DNA from: an uncultured Methanosarcinaceae archaeon
GTDB taxonomy: Archaea > Halobacteriota > Methanosarcinia > Methanosarcinales > Methanosarcinaceae
Direction of reading: 5' to 3'
Length of the DNA: 64,000 bases
Assembly (NCBI GenBank): GCA_963847185.1
Contig: CAWJYV010000008.1
Span: forward strand, 992,001-1,056,000
Within the stretch, counting starts at the first letter, position 1, and each line of letters starts with the position of its first letter. Below the pieces are notes generated by a model. That model made no database searches. It worked only from the letters and a program-made list of their open reading frames with translations, and was not told the origin of the DNA. Shown piece after piece: positions 8,850 to 20,355 of this stretch. Position numbers and translations under genes: made by a program.

Positions 8850-11144
8850 TTGACTGAAGGGGACAAGACCACGATAAAATTGAAGGTTGCAGAAGCTGAT
8901 CTGCGGGATGTTGGAAAGGGGATCGTCCGGATAGATGAAAGTTTCAGGCAAAAGCTGGGCTTAAAGCCTTTTGACGTCGTGGAAATCACGGGAGGAAAAG
9001 TAACTTCAGCTCTCATAGGGCGGCCTTATCCGAGCGATGAAGGTCTTGATATTATTCGTATGGACGGGCTTATCCGAACAAATTCAAAGACCAGTATAGG
9101 GGAATATGTGGAAATTCGTAAAGCAGAATGGAAAGAAGCAAAAAATGTGACTTTAGCTCCTGTCACAAAAGGTATGCAGATCTACGCTCCAAGTGAGATT
9201 CTTCAATCTGTCTTCATGAATCGGACCGTTTCGAAAGGGGATTTTATCTCCACCACCAGCTTAAGAAAATCCAGGGATAGAGATACTTACAGTAAAGGAC
9301 TCATGTTCGATGACTTTTTTCAGGACTTTCTCGGGCAGGGTTTAGGCCCTTCCTTCGGACTTGGAGAAATTAAGCTGCAGGTTGTTTCTACTTCACCTGC
9401 CGGAATCGTCAAGATTACGGACATGACCGAAATCGAACTCCTTCCTGAAGCCGTGCAGATTGTCCCTGAACAAAGTATTCCTACTGTTATGTATGAAGAT
9501 CTGGGCGGGCTCAAGGATGCAATTACAAAGGTCAGGGAAATGATAGAACTTCCTCTGAAACACCCTGAGCTTTTTGATAGGTTAGGGATCGATGCCCCAA
9601 AGGGGGTTTTACTCCACGGCCCTCCCGGAACGGGTAAAACCATGCTTGCAAGGGCGGTTGCAAATGAATCAGATGCTTACTTTATTTCCATCAACGGTCC
9701 TGAAATAATGTCTAAATATTATGGGGAATCCGAAAAGGCGATTCGTGACGTCTTTGATGAGGCCGAAAAGAATGCCCCTGCAATTATCTTTCTGGATGAA
9801 ATTGATTCCATTGCCCCAAAAAGAGCTGAAGTTACAGGGGAAGTAGAGAGAAGAGTGGTCGCCCAGTTACTTTCTCTGATGGACGGCCTGAAAAGCCGCA
9901 AGAACGTTATTGTCATAGGTGCAACAAACCGCCCCGAAGCCCTGGATCTGGCACTGCGCCGTCCTGGCAGGTTTGATCGAGAAATCGAACTCCGGGTTCC
10001 TGACTCCGAAGGCAGGCTTGAAATTTTCCAGATCCACACAAGAGGGATGCCCCTTACAGACAATGTGAGCCTGAGAGACCTCGCCCAGGTTACATATGGG
10101 TTTGTGGGCGCTGATATTGCTGCACTCTGCAGGGAGGCCGCTATGAGTGCTCTTCGCCGGATACTCCCCAAAATAAATCTCAAAGAACCTCAGATTCCAA
10201 AAGAAATTCTGGATTCTCTGCAAGTTACAGGAGAGGATTTCCAGGAGGCCATGAAAGAAGTCCAGCCCTCAGCCATCCGGGAAATCCTTATTGAGGTTCC
10301 CGATGTGAGCTGGGATGATGTGGGAGGTCTGGAAGGTGTAAAGAGTCTTTTAAAAGAAGTTGTGGAATGGCCGCTTAAAAATCCTGAGTCTTACCGTGAC
10401 ATAGGGGTAGAAGCTCCAAAGGGTGTGCTTCTATATGGTCCCCCTGGTACTGGAAAGACGCTTCTTGCAAAAGCTATTGCTCATGAATCCGACGCCAACT
10501 TTATCACAGCCAAAGGAAGTGATCTTCTCTCCAAATGGTATGGTGAATCCGAAAAGAGAATTTCTGAGGTATTCATGCGGGCAAGACAGGTTGCCCCTTC
10601 TATTGTTTTTCTGGACGAACTTGACTCTCTTGCCCCCATCCGTGGAGTCTCCGCAGGGGAACCTCAGGTTACGGCAAGAATTCTTAATCAGTTACTCTCA
10701 GAAATGGATGGGCTCGAAGAACTTCGGGGAGTTGTGGTAATCGGCGCAACCAACCGTCCTGATATTATTGACCCTGCTCTCATTCGTCCAGGGCGTTTTG
10801 ATGAGCTTATTCTTGTCCCGGTTCCGGATGAAGGTGCCCGAAAAGAAATATTCAATGTTCATACAAAGAATATGGCACTGGCAGAAGATGTTGATATTGA
10901 ATCTCTTATTGCCCTGACTGATAAATATACAGGTGCGGATATTGCAGACATATGCAAAAAGGCAGGCAGATATGCCCTTCGTGAGGACCTTCACGCAAAA
11001 GAAATCAGGCAAAGGCATTTTCTTAAAGCAATCTCAGAATCAGGTCCATCAGTTACCCCTGATACCATGAAATATTATGAAGCGATAAGAGGAGAGTTAA
11101 GAACCAGAAAATCAAAGGAAATTGAAAATCCTTCTTATATCTAA
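8850..11144 (+). CDS. cdc48: CDC48/VCP-family AAA+ ATPase
   Basis: N-domain plus two AAA modules (GPPGTGKT twice, DEID/DELD, RPGRFD twice). Confidence 0.96.
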   Translation: MTEGDKTTIKLKVAEADLRDVGKGIVRIDESFRQKLGLKPFDVVEITGGKVTSALIGRPYPSDEGLDIIRMDGLIRTNSKTSIGEYVEIRKAEWKEAKNVTLAPVTKGMQIYAPSEILQSVFMNRTVSKGDFISTTSLRKSRDRDTYSKGLMFDDFFQDFLGQGLGPSFGLGEIKLQVVSTSPAGIVKITDMTEIELLPEAVQIVPEQSIPTVMYEDLGGLKDAITKVREMIELPLKHPELFDRLGIDAPKGVLLHGPPGTGKTMLARAVANESDAYFISINGPEIMSKYYGESEKAIRDVFDEAEKNAPAIIFLDEIDSIAPKRAEVTGEVERRVVAQLLSLMDGLKSRKNVIVIGATNRPEALDLALRRPGRFDREIELRVPDSEGRLEIFQIHTRGMPLTDNVSLRDLAQVTYGFVGADIAALCREAAMSALRRILPKINLKEPQIPKEILDSLQVTGEDFQEAMKEVQPSAIREILIEVPDVSWDDVGGLEGVKSLLKEVVEWPLKNPESYRDIGVEAPKGVLLYGPPGTGKTLLAKAIAHESDANFITAKGSDLLSKWYGESEKRISEVFMRARQVAPSIVFLDELDSLAPIRGVSAGEPQVTARILNQLLSEMDGLEELRGVVVIGATNRPDIIDPALIRPGRFDELILVPVPDEGARKEIFNVHTKNMALAEDVDIESLIALTDKYTGADIADICKKAGRYALREDLHAKEIRQRHFLKAISESGPSVTPDTMKYYEAIRGELRTRKSKEIENPSYI

Positions 11145-11455
11145 GTAAGAATTAATTTAATTTTTGTTATTTCTTTTCTTATTATTTTTATTATCTCTTT
11201 ACTATTATTTTCATATTCTTTATTCTCTTTTTTGATAATTTTTCAATTATTTTTCTTCTCCTTTATATATTCTTATATTTTTTTTTAATATTGTAATTTC
11301 TCTAGTGGGACTTTTAAGTTGACCTTCTTTTTGAATTTTAATCCTTCTTATTCATTTTCCTTTTAGAGTACCTTCAGGCATCGATTATCGTGCCTCGAAA
11401 ATCATTTGTATATATACTCTTTTTATTATGTTAACCAATGATATTAAATACCATA

Positions 11456-11470
11456 ATTACTATCGGTAAT
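11456..11470. promoter_or_regulatory. Palindrome ATTAC-N5-GTAAT, candidate autoregulatory operator
   Basis: ATTACtatcgGTAAT ends 4 nt before the ATG of the HTH-CBS gene. Confidence 0.45.
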
Positions 11471-11474
11471 ATGT

Positions 11475-12038
11475 ATGCAGCTTCCAACACCCGAATATCT
11501 TAAAAAAAGAAGGAATGAGCTAGGACTAACCCAGAGCGACCTAGCTAAAAGGGCAGGAGTAAGCCAGCCCCTTATAGCTCGTATAGAATCGGGAGATGTG
11601 GACCCCAGACTTTCAACAGTAAAAAAAATTATTGATGCTTTTGGGGAAGTTGAAAAGGAACAGCAGATAATTATAAAGGACCTTATGCATTCTCCGGTCA
11701 TTCACGTTTCTCCAGATGACTCAGTGGAGGAAGTAGTAAATCTTATGCGTGTTCATGGTTTTTCACAAATTCCTGTACTTGATAGGGGCGTTCCGGTTGG
11801 AAGTATTTCTGAAGACATGATTGTAAAGCTAATGGGCGAAAATAAGAAAAAGTCAATTTCACAGTTGAAAGTTTCCGGGATAATGGGAGAAGCCTTTCCA
11901 ACGGTATCTCCAGGCATTTCCATCTCAGTAGTCTCACATATGCTGGAAGGAAATCCTGCCGTGCTGGTGATGGAAAAAGGAACAGTTATTGGAGTCGTTA
12001 CAAAACACGACGTAATGAAACTGCTCCATGGCCAATAA
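11475..12038 (+). CDS. XRE-type HTH plus CBS-pair transcription regulator (COG3620-like)
   Basis: LGLTQSDLAKRAGVSQPLIARIESG HTH followed by two CBS repeats (FSQIPVLD…VGSISE; IGVVTKHDVM). Confidence 0.9.
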   Translation: MQLPTPEYLKKRRNELGLTQSDLAKRAGVSQPLIARIESGDVDPRLSTVKKIIDAFGEVEKEQQIIIKDLMHSPVIHVSPDDSVEEVVNLMRVHGFSQIPVLDRGVPVGSISEDMIVKLMGENKKKSISQLKVSGIMGEAFPTVSPGISISVVSHMLEGNPAVLVMEKGTVIGVVTKHDVMKLLHGQ

Positions 12039-12388
12039 CAGGAATCTTTTTCCCAACAGACTGCTTCTTAAGACCAATATGGAAAGCACATCAATTATAT
12101 AGTAGGATTCAATTAAACCTGAAACTAAAATTTGATCAATTCCCTTAATATATTCAAAGTAACTGAAGTTTAAAATGTTTAACGATATCAGGGCAATAAA
12201 TAATATTTGGAGCCTTTAATACATTATACCCAGGCGATTCGATCTGTAATCCAGTAATGTATATAATGATAAAACTTAAATTATTCTTCTATGTCATCTC
12301 AAAATTACTACATTTACTACATTTATTACCTTTGTATAATAACAGCGAAAACGATTAAATCTTTGAAAAAATTCGGAGCATAATAAAT

Positions 12389-13540
12389 ATGGATCTGGAA
12401 GATACCCTTCTAATGATGCCTGGTCCCGTACCTGTTGCACCTAGAGTCCTTAGAGCGATGTCAAAACCGATGATTAATCACCGGAGTGCGGAATTCGCCG
12501 GAATTTACAGTGATTGCAGGGCAATTCTTGCTGACGTTTTCCAGACAAAGAACGACATCTTTGTACTCAGTGGCTCTGGAACTTCAGGAATGGAAGCTGC
12601 CGTAGGGTCTGTGGCTGGACCTGGAGACAAAGTCATTGCCATAGAAAATGGAAAGTTTGGAGAACGTTTTAAAGACATCGCAGCTCTTTACGCAGAAGTT
12701 GTGCCTGTTGTATTCGAATGGGGCCTTCCTGTAGATCTTGAACTTGTCAAGGAGAAGCTTGAAGAAGGGGCTAAGGCCATCACCCTTGTCCACAATGAAA
12801 CCTCAGCAGGTATTCTTAACCCCGCTGCAGAAATAGGTAAACTTGCCAAAAAGCATGATGCTCTCTTTATTATGGACGGCGTGACATCCCTTGGGGGAGA
12901 TGAAGTTAAAGTCGACGAGTGGGGAGTTGACATTGCAGTCGTAGGTTCACAGAAGTGTCTTGCTGCCCCTCCTGGGCTTGCATGCGTTTCAGTAAGTGAA
13001 AAAGCTTTTGAGGCTATTAATAGCATGAAGAAAAGGCCTTACTACAATGACCTCAAGGCGTACAAAAAGAGCGGAGATAAGCCCAAGCCAGAAACTCCAT
13101 ATACACCTGCGATTCCTCTCTTCTACGCACTTCAGGAAGCCCTGCATATTGTAAAAGAAGAGGGAATGGAAGCAAGAATTAAAAGACACAGAGTTCTTAC
13201 AGAAGCAGTAAGAGCTGCAGTTGCCGAAATGAACATCGAGATGTTTCCACAGCTCAACGAATACAGCAATTACTCCAATACAATCTCTGCCATGAAATCT
13301 CCTGCGAGCGTTGATGGGGAAGATATAAAGAATGACATGAAAAAACGTGGCATAATAATTGCAGAAGGGCAGGAGCGTCTTAAAGGTAAGATTTTCAGAA
13401 TTGGGTGCATGGGTATAGTTTCTGCAAGGGATGTGCTCTCAACAGTCCAGCAGCTGGAAATCGTTCTGAACAAACGTGGTTACCTTGACAGCGTGGGAGC
13501 AGGTACAGAGGCTGCAGTTCGGGTTATTGACAAGCTTTAA
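12389..13540 (+). CDS. Class V PLP aminotransferase (alanine-glyoxylate/serine-pyruvate family)
   Basis: LMMPGPV, HNETSAG, DGVTSLG, GSQKCLAAPPGL (PLP lysine), FRIG. Confidence 0.9.
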   Translation: MDLEDTLLMMPGPVPVAPRVLRAMSKPMINHRSAEFAGIYSDCRAILADVFQTKNDIFVLSGSGTSGMEAAVGSVAGPGDKVIAIENGKFGERFKDIAALYAEVVPVVFEWGLPVDLELVKEKLEEGAKAITLVHNETSAGILNPAAEIGKLAKKHDALFIMDGVTSLGGDEVKVDEWGVDIAVVGSQKCLAAPPGLACVSVSEKAFEAINSMKKRPYYNDLKAYKKSGDKPKPETPYTPAIPLFYALQEALHIVKEEGMEARIKRHRVLTEAVRAAVAEMNIEMFPQLNEYSNYSNTISAMKSPASVDGEDIKNDMKKRGIIIAEGQERLKGKIFRIGCMGIVSARDVLSTVQQLEIVLNKRGYLDSVGAGTEAAVRVIDKL

Positions 13541-13582
13541 AGATATGTAACTGGAGCCTGTAAATTTTGAGGGCTACTCTGA

Positions 13583-14080
<498 letters not shown>

Positions 14081-14121
14081 AGTAACTTATAGTAAAAAAC
14101 AATGACTGGAGACCTTATTAG

Positions 14122-14526
14122 ATGACTATCAGCCTAGGATTTGTTGTAGCTGAATTTAACAGGGATCTGACCTATCAGATGGAACTGCTTGGAAGAGAAC
14201 ACGCAGAGTTCCTGGGGGCAACAGTTAAGGAGACTATTCTTGTTCCAGGGGTCTTTGACATGCCCCTTGCAATCAAGAAGCTTTGCCAGAGAGATGATAT
14301 CGACGCTGTTGTTACAATCGGGTCGGTAATCGAGGGTGAGACTGATCATGATCAGATTGTTATGCAGCATGCTGCAAGAAAAATCATGGATCTTTCCCTC
14401 GAGTTCAATAAACCTGTAACTCTCGGGATTCCCGGCCCGGGTATGACCCGGATGGCTGCTCATGAACGCGTGGACTATGCTAAAAGGGCAGTTGAAGCTG
14501 CAGTAAAGCTTGTCCGGCGGCTGTAA
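14122..14526 (+). CDS. ribH: 6,7-dimethyl-8-ribityllumazine synthase
   Basis: [33 protein letters not shown]. Confidence 0.93.
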   Translation: MTISLGFVVAEFNRDLTYQMELLGREHAEFLGATVKETILVPGVFDMPLAIKKLCQRDDIDAVVTIGSVIEGETDHDQIVMQHAARKIMDLSLEFNKPVTLGIPGPGMTRMAAHERVDYAKRAVEAAVKLVRRL

Positions 14527-14573
14527 ATTCTTTAAACTAATCTAATACAACGTAACAGACCAGGACCATCCAT

Positions 14574-15716
14574 ATGACATCCGCAAGGCTCAAGCGTGTA
14601 GAAGAATCCGCAACGATCAGGATCTCCAACATTGCGACCAGAATGATTAAAGAGGGTAAAGACGTTATTAATTTCAGCCTTGGAGAACCTGACTTCAATA
14701 CCCCTAAAAATATCTGCGATGCTGCGGCAAAGGCTATGTATGAAGGAAAAACCCACTATGCTCCCTCAGCCGGTATCCCTGAACTACGGGCAGCTATTGC
14801 CGAAAAATTAAGGACGGAAAATAATCTGGATGTGACCGAGGCAAATGTACTGGTTACTCCGGGTGCAAAGCAGGGAATTTTTGAGGTAATGATGGGTGTT
14901 CTAGGTGACGGAGACCAGGCTCTTCTCTTTGACCCTGCCTGGGTAACTTATGACGCATGCATCCGGTTTGCAGGTGCAGATACTGTCTGGGTTCCAACAG
15001 TCCCTGAGAAAGGTTTTCTTCCTGACAATTTTGCAGATTACATAAATGATAAAACCAGGCTCATTGTTGTAAATAGTCCAGGAAATCCAACTGGTGGGGT
15101 TTTCGGGAAAAAGACTTTGAAGTGTATTGCCGACCTTGCAATCGATCACGATCTTATAGTAGTCTCAGATGAAATCTATGAGAAAATCATCTATGATAGG
15201 GAGCATATCAGCATCGGCAGTTTTGAAGGTATGCAGGAAAGAACTGTTACTGTAAACGGTTTTTCCAAAGCATATGCAATGACAGGCTGGAGACTTGGAT
15301 ACCTGACTGCTCCTCCTGATATTTTTAAGCTCTTGCAGAAGATTCAGTCTCATTCGGTTAGCAGTGCAACTACTTTTGTTCAGTACGGTGGGCTTGAAGC
15401 TCTTCAGGGTCCCCAGGATGGAGTTAAAGCAATGGTGGACCGGTTCAAAGTTCGCAGAGATGTTCTTATCGACGGCCTGAACAAGATAGGTTTTGAGTGT
15501 AAAAAGCCGGACGGAGCTTTTTATGCATTTGCCGATGTAAGCGAATATGGTAATGGAACAGATGTTGCAGAAAGGCTTTTGAAAGAAGCCCAGGTTGCGG
15601 TCACCCCTGGAATTGCTTTTGGGGAATCAGGAGATAATTTTATCCGGATTTCATATGCAACATCCATTGATCGGATCAGGGAAGCTCTCGAAAGGCTTGA
15701 AAAAATATTTTCCTAA
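14574..15716 (+). CDS. Class I/II PLP aminotransferase (aspartate aminotransferase-like)
   Basis: GEPDF, NSPGNPTG, SDEIY, GFSKAYAMTGWRLG. Confidence 0.92.
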   Translation: MTSARLKRVEESATIRISNIATRMIKEGKDVINFSLGEPDFNTPKNICDAAAKAMYEGKTHYAPSAGIPELRAAIAEKLRTENNLDVTEANVLVTPGAKQGIFEVMMGVLGDGDQALLFDPAWVTYDACIRFAGADTVWVPTVPEKGFLPDNFADYINDKTRLIVVNSPGNPTGGVFGKKTLKCIADLAIDHDLIVVSDEIYEKIIYDREHISIGSFEGMQERTVTVNGFSKAYAMTGWRLGYLTAPPDIFKLLQKIQSHSVSSATTFVQYGGLEALQGPQDGVKAMVDRFKVRRDVLIDGLNKIGFECKKPDGAFYAFADVSEYGNGTDVAERLLKEAQVAVTPGIAFGESGDNFIRISYATSIDRIREALERLEKIFS

Positions 15717-15796
15717 AACCAACTACAACAGGCAACATTTTTAACAAGAACCCAGAAAAACAGTTATCCTTTAAAATTGCAAACGGTAGGGTGTAA

Positions 15797-16216
15797 TTAC
15801 CCATACCGTTTAAGGATCTCTTTTATGATTGCGCCGGTACTGCAAAGTGGGCATTTCTTTGAAAGAGGAATCCTGACCACGTTTGCAGGAAGACCTCTTT
15901 TACTGAGTTCTTTTTCCAGAAAATCAATATCAAAGTGCTGGTCATAACCCAGAGTAATAATATCCGGCCTGATCTGTTTCAGGGGTTCGAACATATCTTT
16001 TTCGCTGCCAAGCAGAGCTTTATCGACCATTCCAAGTGCATTCACCATTTCCAGCCGCTGTTCCTCGGGTACTATAGGTTTTGGCTTGTGAGTTATGTTT
16101 GAATCCCTGGCAACAATGACGAAAAGTTCGTCTCCCAGGGCCCGTGCCTGGGTCAGAAAATATACATGCCCTGGATGGAGAAGGTCAAAAGTCCCTGTAG
16201 CAAGTACACGTGTCAA
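15797..16216 (-). CDS. ribL: Archaeal FAD synthetase
   Basis: GTFDLLHPGH (HxGH) cytidylyltransferase fold, LGYDQ, C-terminal CxxCST; adjacent to rib genes. Confidence 0.85.
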   Translation of the reverse strand: MTRVLATGTFDLLHPGHVYFLTQARALGDELFVIVARDSNITHKPKPIVPEEQRLEMVNALGMVDKALLGSEKDMFEPLKQIRPDIITLGYDQHFDIDFLEKELSKRGLPANVVRIPLSKKCPLCSTGAIIKEILKRYG

Positions 16217-16372
16217 CAGATCACCTGGTCTCGGGTAATACCCTGCAAGAATAAGAAACTTACTGAAAACACCCCTCTATTTCCTCATCAGAATTTTATA
16301 TTGTTTAGATTGTATTTCCTGTGAACTGTTACTATTTCTGTACAGCTAATCTGTTAAAAGGAGAAAATCTCG

Positions 16373-16527
16373 ATTATCGCAAGTAATATATATAGCTCGC
16401 AAATATGACTATTGTTCATCGAATTCAAGATGTTGACGTAAAAGTTTGAAATAGATCAATTTCGGAAGCAGCCTTTCACTCCTATCAGAGAAGCTGTTAC
16501 CTTTAGCATTATCACAAGTAATATATA
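16373..16527 (+). promoter_or_regulatory. Duplicated 20-bp element ATTATCRCAAGTAATATATA (operator overlapping a TATA-like box)
   Basis: Copies at 16373-16392 and 16508-16527 match at 19 of 20 positions. Confidence 0.55.
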
Positions 16528-16577
16528 ATTCTGATAAATATTACCATTTAGATAAATTTACAAAAAGAGGAAACCCA

Positions 16578-18080
16578 ATGGTTAAAAAATCGGTTCATGA
16601 GATCAATAGAAAAATTGAAGATGGTAGCGTCAATGTAGTCACAGCGGAGGAAATGGTAGGAATTGTTGAAGAACTTGGTGTGGAGGGCGCTGCAAAAGAA
16701 GTGGATGTGGTTACTACAGGCACATTTGGAGCAATGTGTTCCTCCGGTTTGATGCTTAATCTTGGACATTCGGAGCCTCCTATTAAAATTCAGAAGTTAT
16801 GGTTCAACAATGTGGAAGCATACGGCGGAGTTGCAGCTGTGGATGCTTACCTTGGGGCTGCCCAGATTTCGGATACAAGGGGAATTCAGTATGGTGGGGC
16901 TCATGTTATTGAAGATCTGCTCAGGGGAAAAGAAATTGATGTTCATGCAACATCATATGGGACGGACTGTTATCCCAGAAAAGTACTTGATACTACAATT
17001 ACTCTTGAAGACCTAAATGAAGCAGTTCTTTTGAATCCCAGGAACGCTTACCAGAAATATAACGCTGCTACCAATAGTTCCAAGAGAATTTTAAATACAT
17101 ATATGGGTGAGCTTCTTCCCAATTTCGGAAACATAACCTACTCCGGAGCAGGAGTGCTCTCTCCCCTTTCAAACGATCCTTCTTACGAAACTATCGGTAC
17201 CGGAACGAGGATTTTCCTTGGGGGAGCACAGGGATACGTTATAGGAAACGGAACCCAGCATTCTCCTTCTTCCGGTTTTGGCACCCTGATGCTCAAGGGA
17301 AACCTGAAGGATATGAGTCCTGATTATTTAAGGGCTGCTTCTTTTACAGGATACGGGACTACCCTTTACATGGGAGTTGGAATTCCTATTCCTATTCTCA
17401 ATGAGAAAATTGCAGCTTCAACTGCAGTGCGTGATGAGGATATTACAACAAAAATTCTGGATTATGCCGTGGGCAGCAGGGATAAACCAGTCATCAGATC
17501 CGTAAATTATGCAGAACTCAAATCAGGTCTGGTGCAAATTGATGGAAAGGACGTACCTACTTCTTCTCTCTCCAGCTTCAAGAATGCAAAGAAAATCGCC
17601 AATGAACTGAAGGAATGGGTAAAGTACGGGAAATTCTTTGTCAGCATGCCTGTAGAGAGACTTCAGGGCGAAGGTCTGGCCAAACCCATGAAGCAGACTC
17701 AAGCTGTGCCGCTTGTAAAGGATGTGATGTCCGATTTTATTGTAACTATTAAAAAAGACCAGACCATTCAGGAAGCTGCAAAGAAAATCTGGGAAAACTC
17801 TTTTAACCATCTGGCTGTAATTTCCGATACTGGAGAGCTGGTTGGGATCCTGACAGCCTGGGATATCTCCAAAGCTGTTGCAGAAAATATTTTTGATTCA
17901 GTTGAAAGCGTTATGACAAAAAAGGTACTGACCTGCGCTCCAAACGAACCGGTTGATCTTGCAGCCCGCAGACTGGACCGCTACGGAGTATCTGCCATGC
18001 CGGTAATCGATCCTCAGAGACGGGTTCTCGGAATAATAACAAGTGATAATATAAGCAAACTCTTTGCAAGGAGGTACTGA
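16578..18080 (+). CDS. L-aspartate semialdehyde sulfurtransferase / homocysteine biosynthesis protein (DUF39 + CBS; MA1821-like)
   Basis: VDVVTTGTFGAMCSSG, YGGAHVIEDL, NPRNAYQ, C-terminal CBS pair. Confidence 0.92.
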   Translation: MVKKSVHEINRKIEDGSVNVVTAEEMVGIVEELGVEGAAKEVDVVTTGTFGAMCSSGLMLNLGHSEPPIKIQKLWFNNVEAYGGVAAVDAYLGAAQISDTRGIQYGGAHVIEDLLRGKEIDVHATSYGTDCYPRKVLDTTITLEDLNEAVLLNPRNAYQKYNAATNSSKRILNTYMGELLPNFGNITYSGAGVLSPLSNDPSYETIGTGTRIFLGGAQGYVIGNGTQHSPSSGFGTLMLKGNLKDMSPDYLRAASFTGYGTTLYMGVGIPIPILNEKIAASTAVRDEDITTKILDYAVGSRDKPVIRSVNYAELKSGLVQIDGKDVPTSSLSSFKNAKKIANELKEWVKYGKFFVSMPVERLQGEGLAKPMKQTQAVPLVKDVMSDFIVTIKKDQTIQEAAKKIWENSFNHLAVISDTGELVGILTAWDISKAVAENIFDSVESVMTKKVLTCAPNEPVDLAARRLDRYGVSAMPVIDPQRRVLGIITSDNISKLFARRY

Positions 18081-18082
18081 AC

Positions 18083-18469
18083 ATGAAAATAAAAATCAGC
18101 ATTCCTACAGAGAGGATCCAGAACCCGATAATATCCGAGTCTATAGTCGAAACCGGAATCCTGATTAATATAATGGTCGCAAATATAGACTCGACCTACG
18201 GCGAATTGATTGCAGACGTAAACGATTGCAAGTTCGATAAGATTAAAAATGCTCTGGAATCCAGGGGAGCAATAGTTTCTATTCTGGACAGACCCATTCA
18301 CAGGGACGAAGAAGAGTGTGTTGAGTGTGGGGCCTGTATTTCGGTTTGTCCAATGAATGTTTATTCTTTTGACGAAACCTGGAGTGTCCATGTGGATGAA
18401 AAGAAGTGTATTCAATGTGGCATGTGCATAAAGATGTGTCCCCATGGAGCTTTGAAACTGGGAGAATGA
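18083..18469 (+). CDS. NIL domain plus 2[4Fe-4S] ferredoxin (MA1822-like partner)
   Basis: CVECGACISVCP and CIQCGMCIKMCP; directly downstream of the DUF39 gene. Confidence 0.92.
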   Translation: MKIKISIPTERIQNPIISESIVETGILINIMVANIDSTYGELIADVNDCKFDKIKNALESRGAIVSILDRPIHRDEEECVECGACISVCPMNVYSFDETWSVHVDEKKCIQCGMCIKMCPHGALKLGE

Positions 18470-18612
18470 AGAGAGAAAAATTGTGATATAAACTCAATAA
18501 TTCCTCTAGTGACTGTGAGTGAGTATTTTAGAGAAAACTCCTGCCCTTTTACTTCAAAAAAGAAAAAATTAAAGGAAAGCGCTTTATGAAAATAAAGCGT
18601 TATTCCTACTTT

Positions 18613-19836
18613 TTATTCCGTAGTAACTCCGTCAAATTCTGCTGGATTCGCTTCAGCTTCTGCTTTTGTGGCTCTCACTATGCAATCCTTATGGACAGGT
18701 GGTGAATAAACCGTATAGAGTTTAAGAGAATCAGTTTTCGAAGTACAGATGACGTTGTGCTCGGCTCCAGCCGGTATTATTACTGCAGATCCTTTATTTA
18801 TTTTATATTCATTTCCGTTAATTATACACTTTCCCTGCCCTTCTTCAAAACGTAAAAACTGGTCATTTTCCTTATGCATTTCCATTCCTATTTCTTCTCT
18901 AGGCTTGAGGCTCATAAGTACTAGCTGGTTGTGCTTTGCAGTGTAGAGTACCTTTCGGAAATTGTTATTTTCCAAAGTTGCTTTTTCTATATCAACACAA
19001 TATCCTTTCACTTTCTTTTCTGTTTTTTCTTTCTCTTCGTTCACTTCTTTCTCTTCGTTCACTTCTTTCTCTTCGTTCACTTCTTTCTTCTCCTCTTCTT
19101 CGTTCACTTCTTTCTCTTCGTTCACTTCTTTCTCTTCGTTCACTTCTTTCTCTTCGTTCACTTCTTTCTCTTCGTTCACTTCTTTCTCTTCGTTCACTTC
19201 TTTCTCTTCGTTCACTTCTTCCTTTTCTTTTGTCTTCTTTCCAGCTATATTGAATATCTCTTTAGCACCTACTGCCGTTGTTGTTACCGGCAGTAATTCC
19301 GTAGTCACTCCGTCAAACTCTGCTGGATTCGCCTCAGCTTCTGCTTTTGTGGCACGCACTATGCAATCCTTGTGAACAGGCGGTGAATAAACCGTATAGA
19401 GTTTAAGAGAATCAGTTTTCGAAGTACAGATGATGTTGTGCTGAGCACCGGCTGGTATTATCACCGCAGATCCTTTATATACTTCATATTCATTTCCATT
19501 AATTATGCACTTTCCCTGCCCTTCTTCAAAACGTAAAAACTGGTCATTTTCCTTATGTATTTCCATTCCTATTTCTTCCCCAGGCTTGAGGCTCATAAGT
19601 ACTAGCTGGCTGTGCTTTGCAGTATAGAGCACCTTTCGGAAATTGTCGTTTTCCAAAGTGGCTTTTTCGATGTCAATAGAATATCCTTTCACTTTCTTTT
19701 CTTCCTTAGTTACCTTCTCTCCAGCTTTATTAGGCGATTCTTTAGCACTTACTGCCGCTGCTGTCAATGACAATAAAAAACAAATTGCCAGCAAAATACC
19801 CAGCGTCTTTTTTACTCTGCCAAATTGTATTTCCAT
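18613..19836 (-). CDS. Secreted tandem cupin protein with acidic EVNEEK linker
   Basis: Signal peptide MEIQFGRVKKTLGILL…AVSA; two near-identical cupin domains (FRKVLYTAKH…EIGME.H.ENDQF…PPVH). Confidence 0.8.
   Translation of the reverse strand: MEIQFGRVKKTLGILLAICFLLSLTAAAVSAKESPNKAGEKVTKEEKKVKGYSIDIEKATLENDNFRKVLYTAKHSQLVLMSLKPGEEIGMEIHKENDQFLRFEEGQGKCIINGNEYEVYKGSAVIIPAGAQHNIICTSKTDSLKLYTVYSPPVHKDCIVRATKAEAEANPAEFDGVTTELLPVTTTAVGAKEIFNIAGKKTKEKEEVNEEKEVNEEKEVNEEKEVNEEKEVNEEKEVNEEKEVNEEEEKKEVNEEKEVNEEKEVNEEKEKTEKKVKGYCVDIEKATLENNNFRKVLYTAKHNQLVLMSLKPREEIGMEMHKENDQFLRFEEGQGKCIINGNEYKINKGSAVIIPAGAEHNVICTSKTDSLKLYTVYSPPVHKDCIVRATKAEAEANPAEFDGVTTE
19031..19220. repeat. 18-bp coding tandem repeat (EVNEEK), about 10-11 copies
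   Basis: TTCTCTTCGTTCACTTCT repeated. Confidence 0.95.
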
Positions 19837-20355
19837 TTGTCCACATCCCCTGACATATCTAAATAATTCATACATATATGATTTTTAGACGATTTGATTT
19901 TTAATTTAGGTTATTGTTTTTTGTATCTACTTTCCATCGACGGATCCATTGTGAAAGTATCATTTTTCAGCTAGTATCTTAATTCAGTTCTGAAGACTAT
20001 AGTATCAGTGAATTTTATATTCATTTTATGCGCCGATGAAAATGATTCGTAATTGTATCACTAGATTATTATTCATAGGTAAATATAATACAAATAGAAA
20101 TAATAATTAGGATTTAAATACGCTAATTATATTTAACAAGTCTATCCAAAGCAATTTTTATTCCAATAAAGGATCGAACTCATATAGCTAAGACGAAAAA
20201 TTGTGGCATTTAAATTTACCATGCTTTATTTTTATACCTTGAGTGCATAAGTTCTATGGAATTAGAACGATACCTTAAGGTCAAAATCTATCGAATTCCA
20301 TCTTTCATTTTGGAACTGGGTCATTGGAAAGCAACTGTGTTTTATGGGGGAAATA

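Noticed and set aside
18931-19375. Repetitive plus-strand ORFs (FFLFVH, SLRSLL, FTSFSS)
   Set aside because: Antisense frames of the EVNEEK repeat
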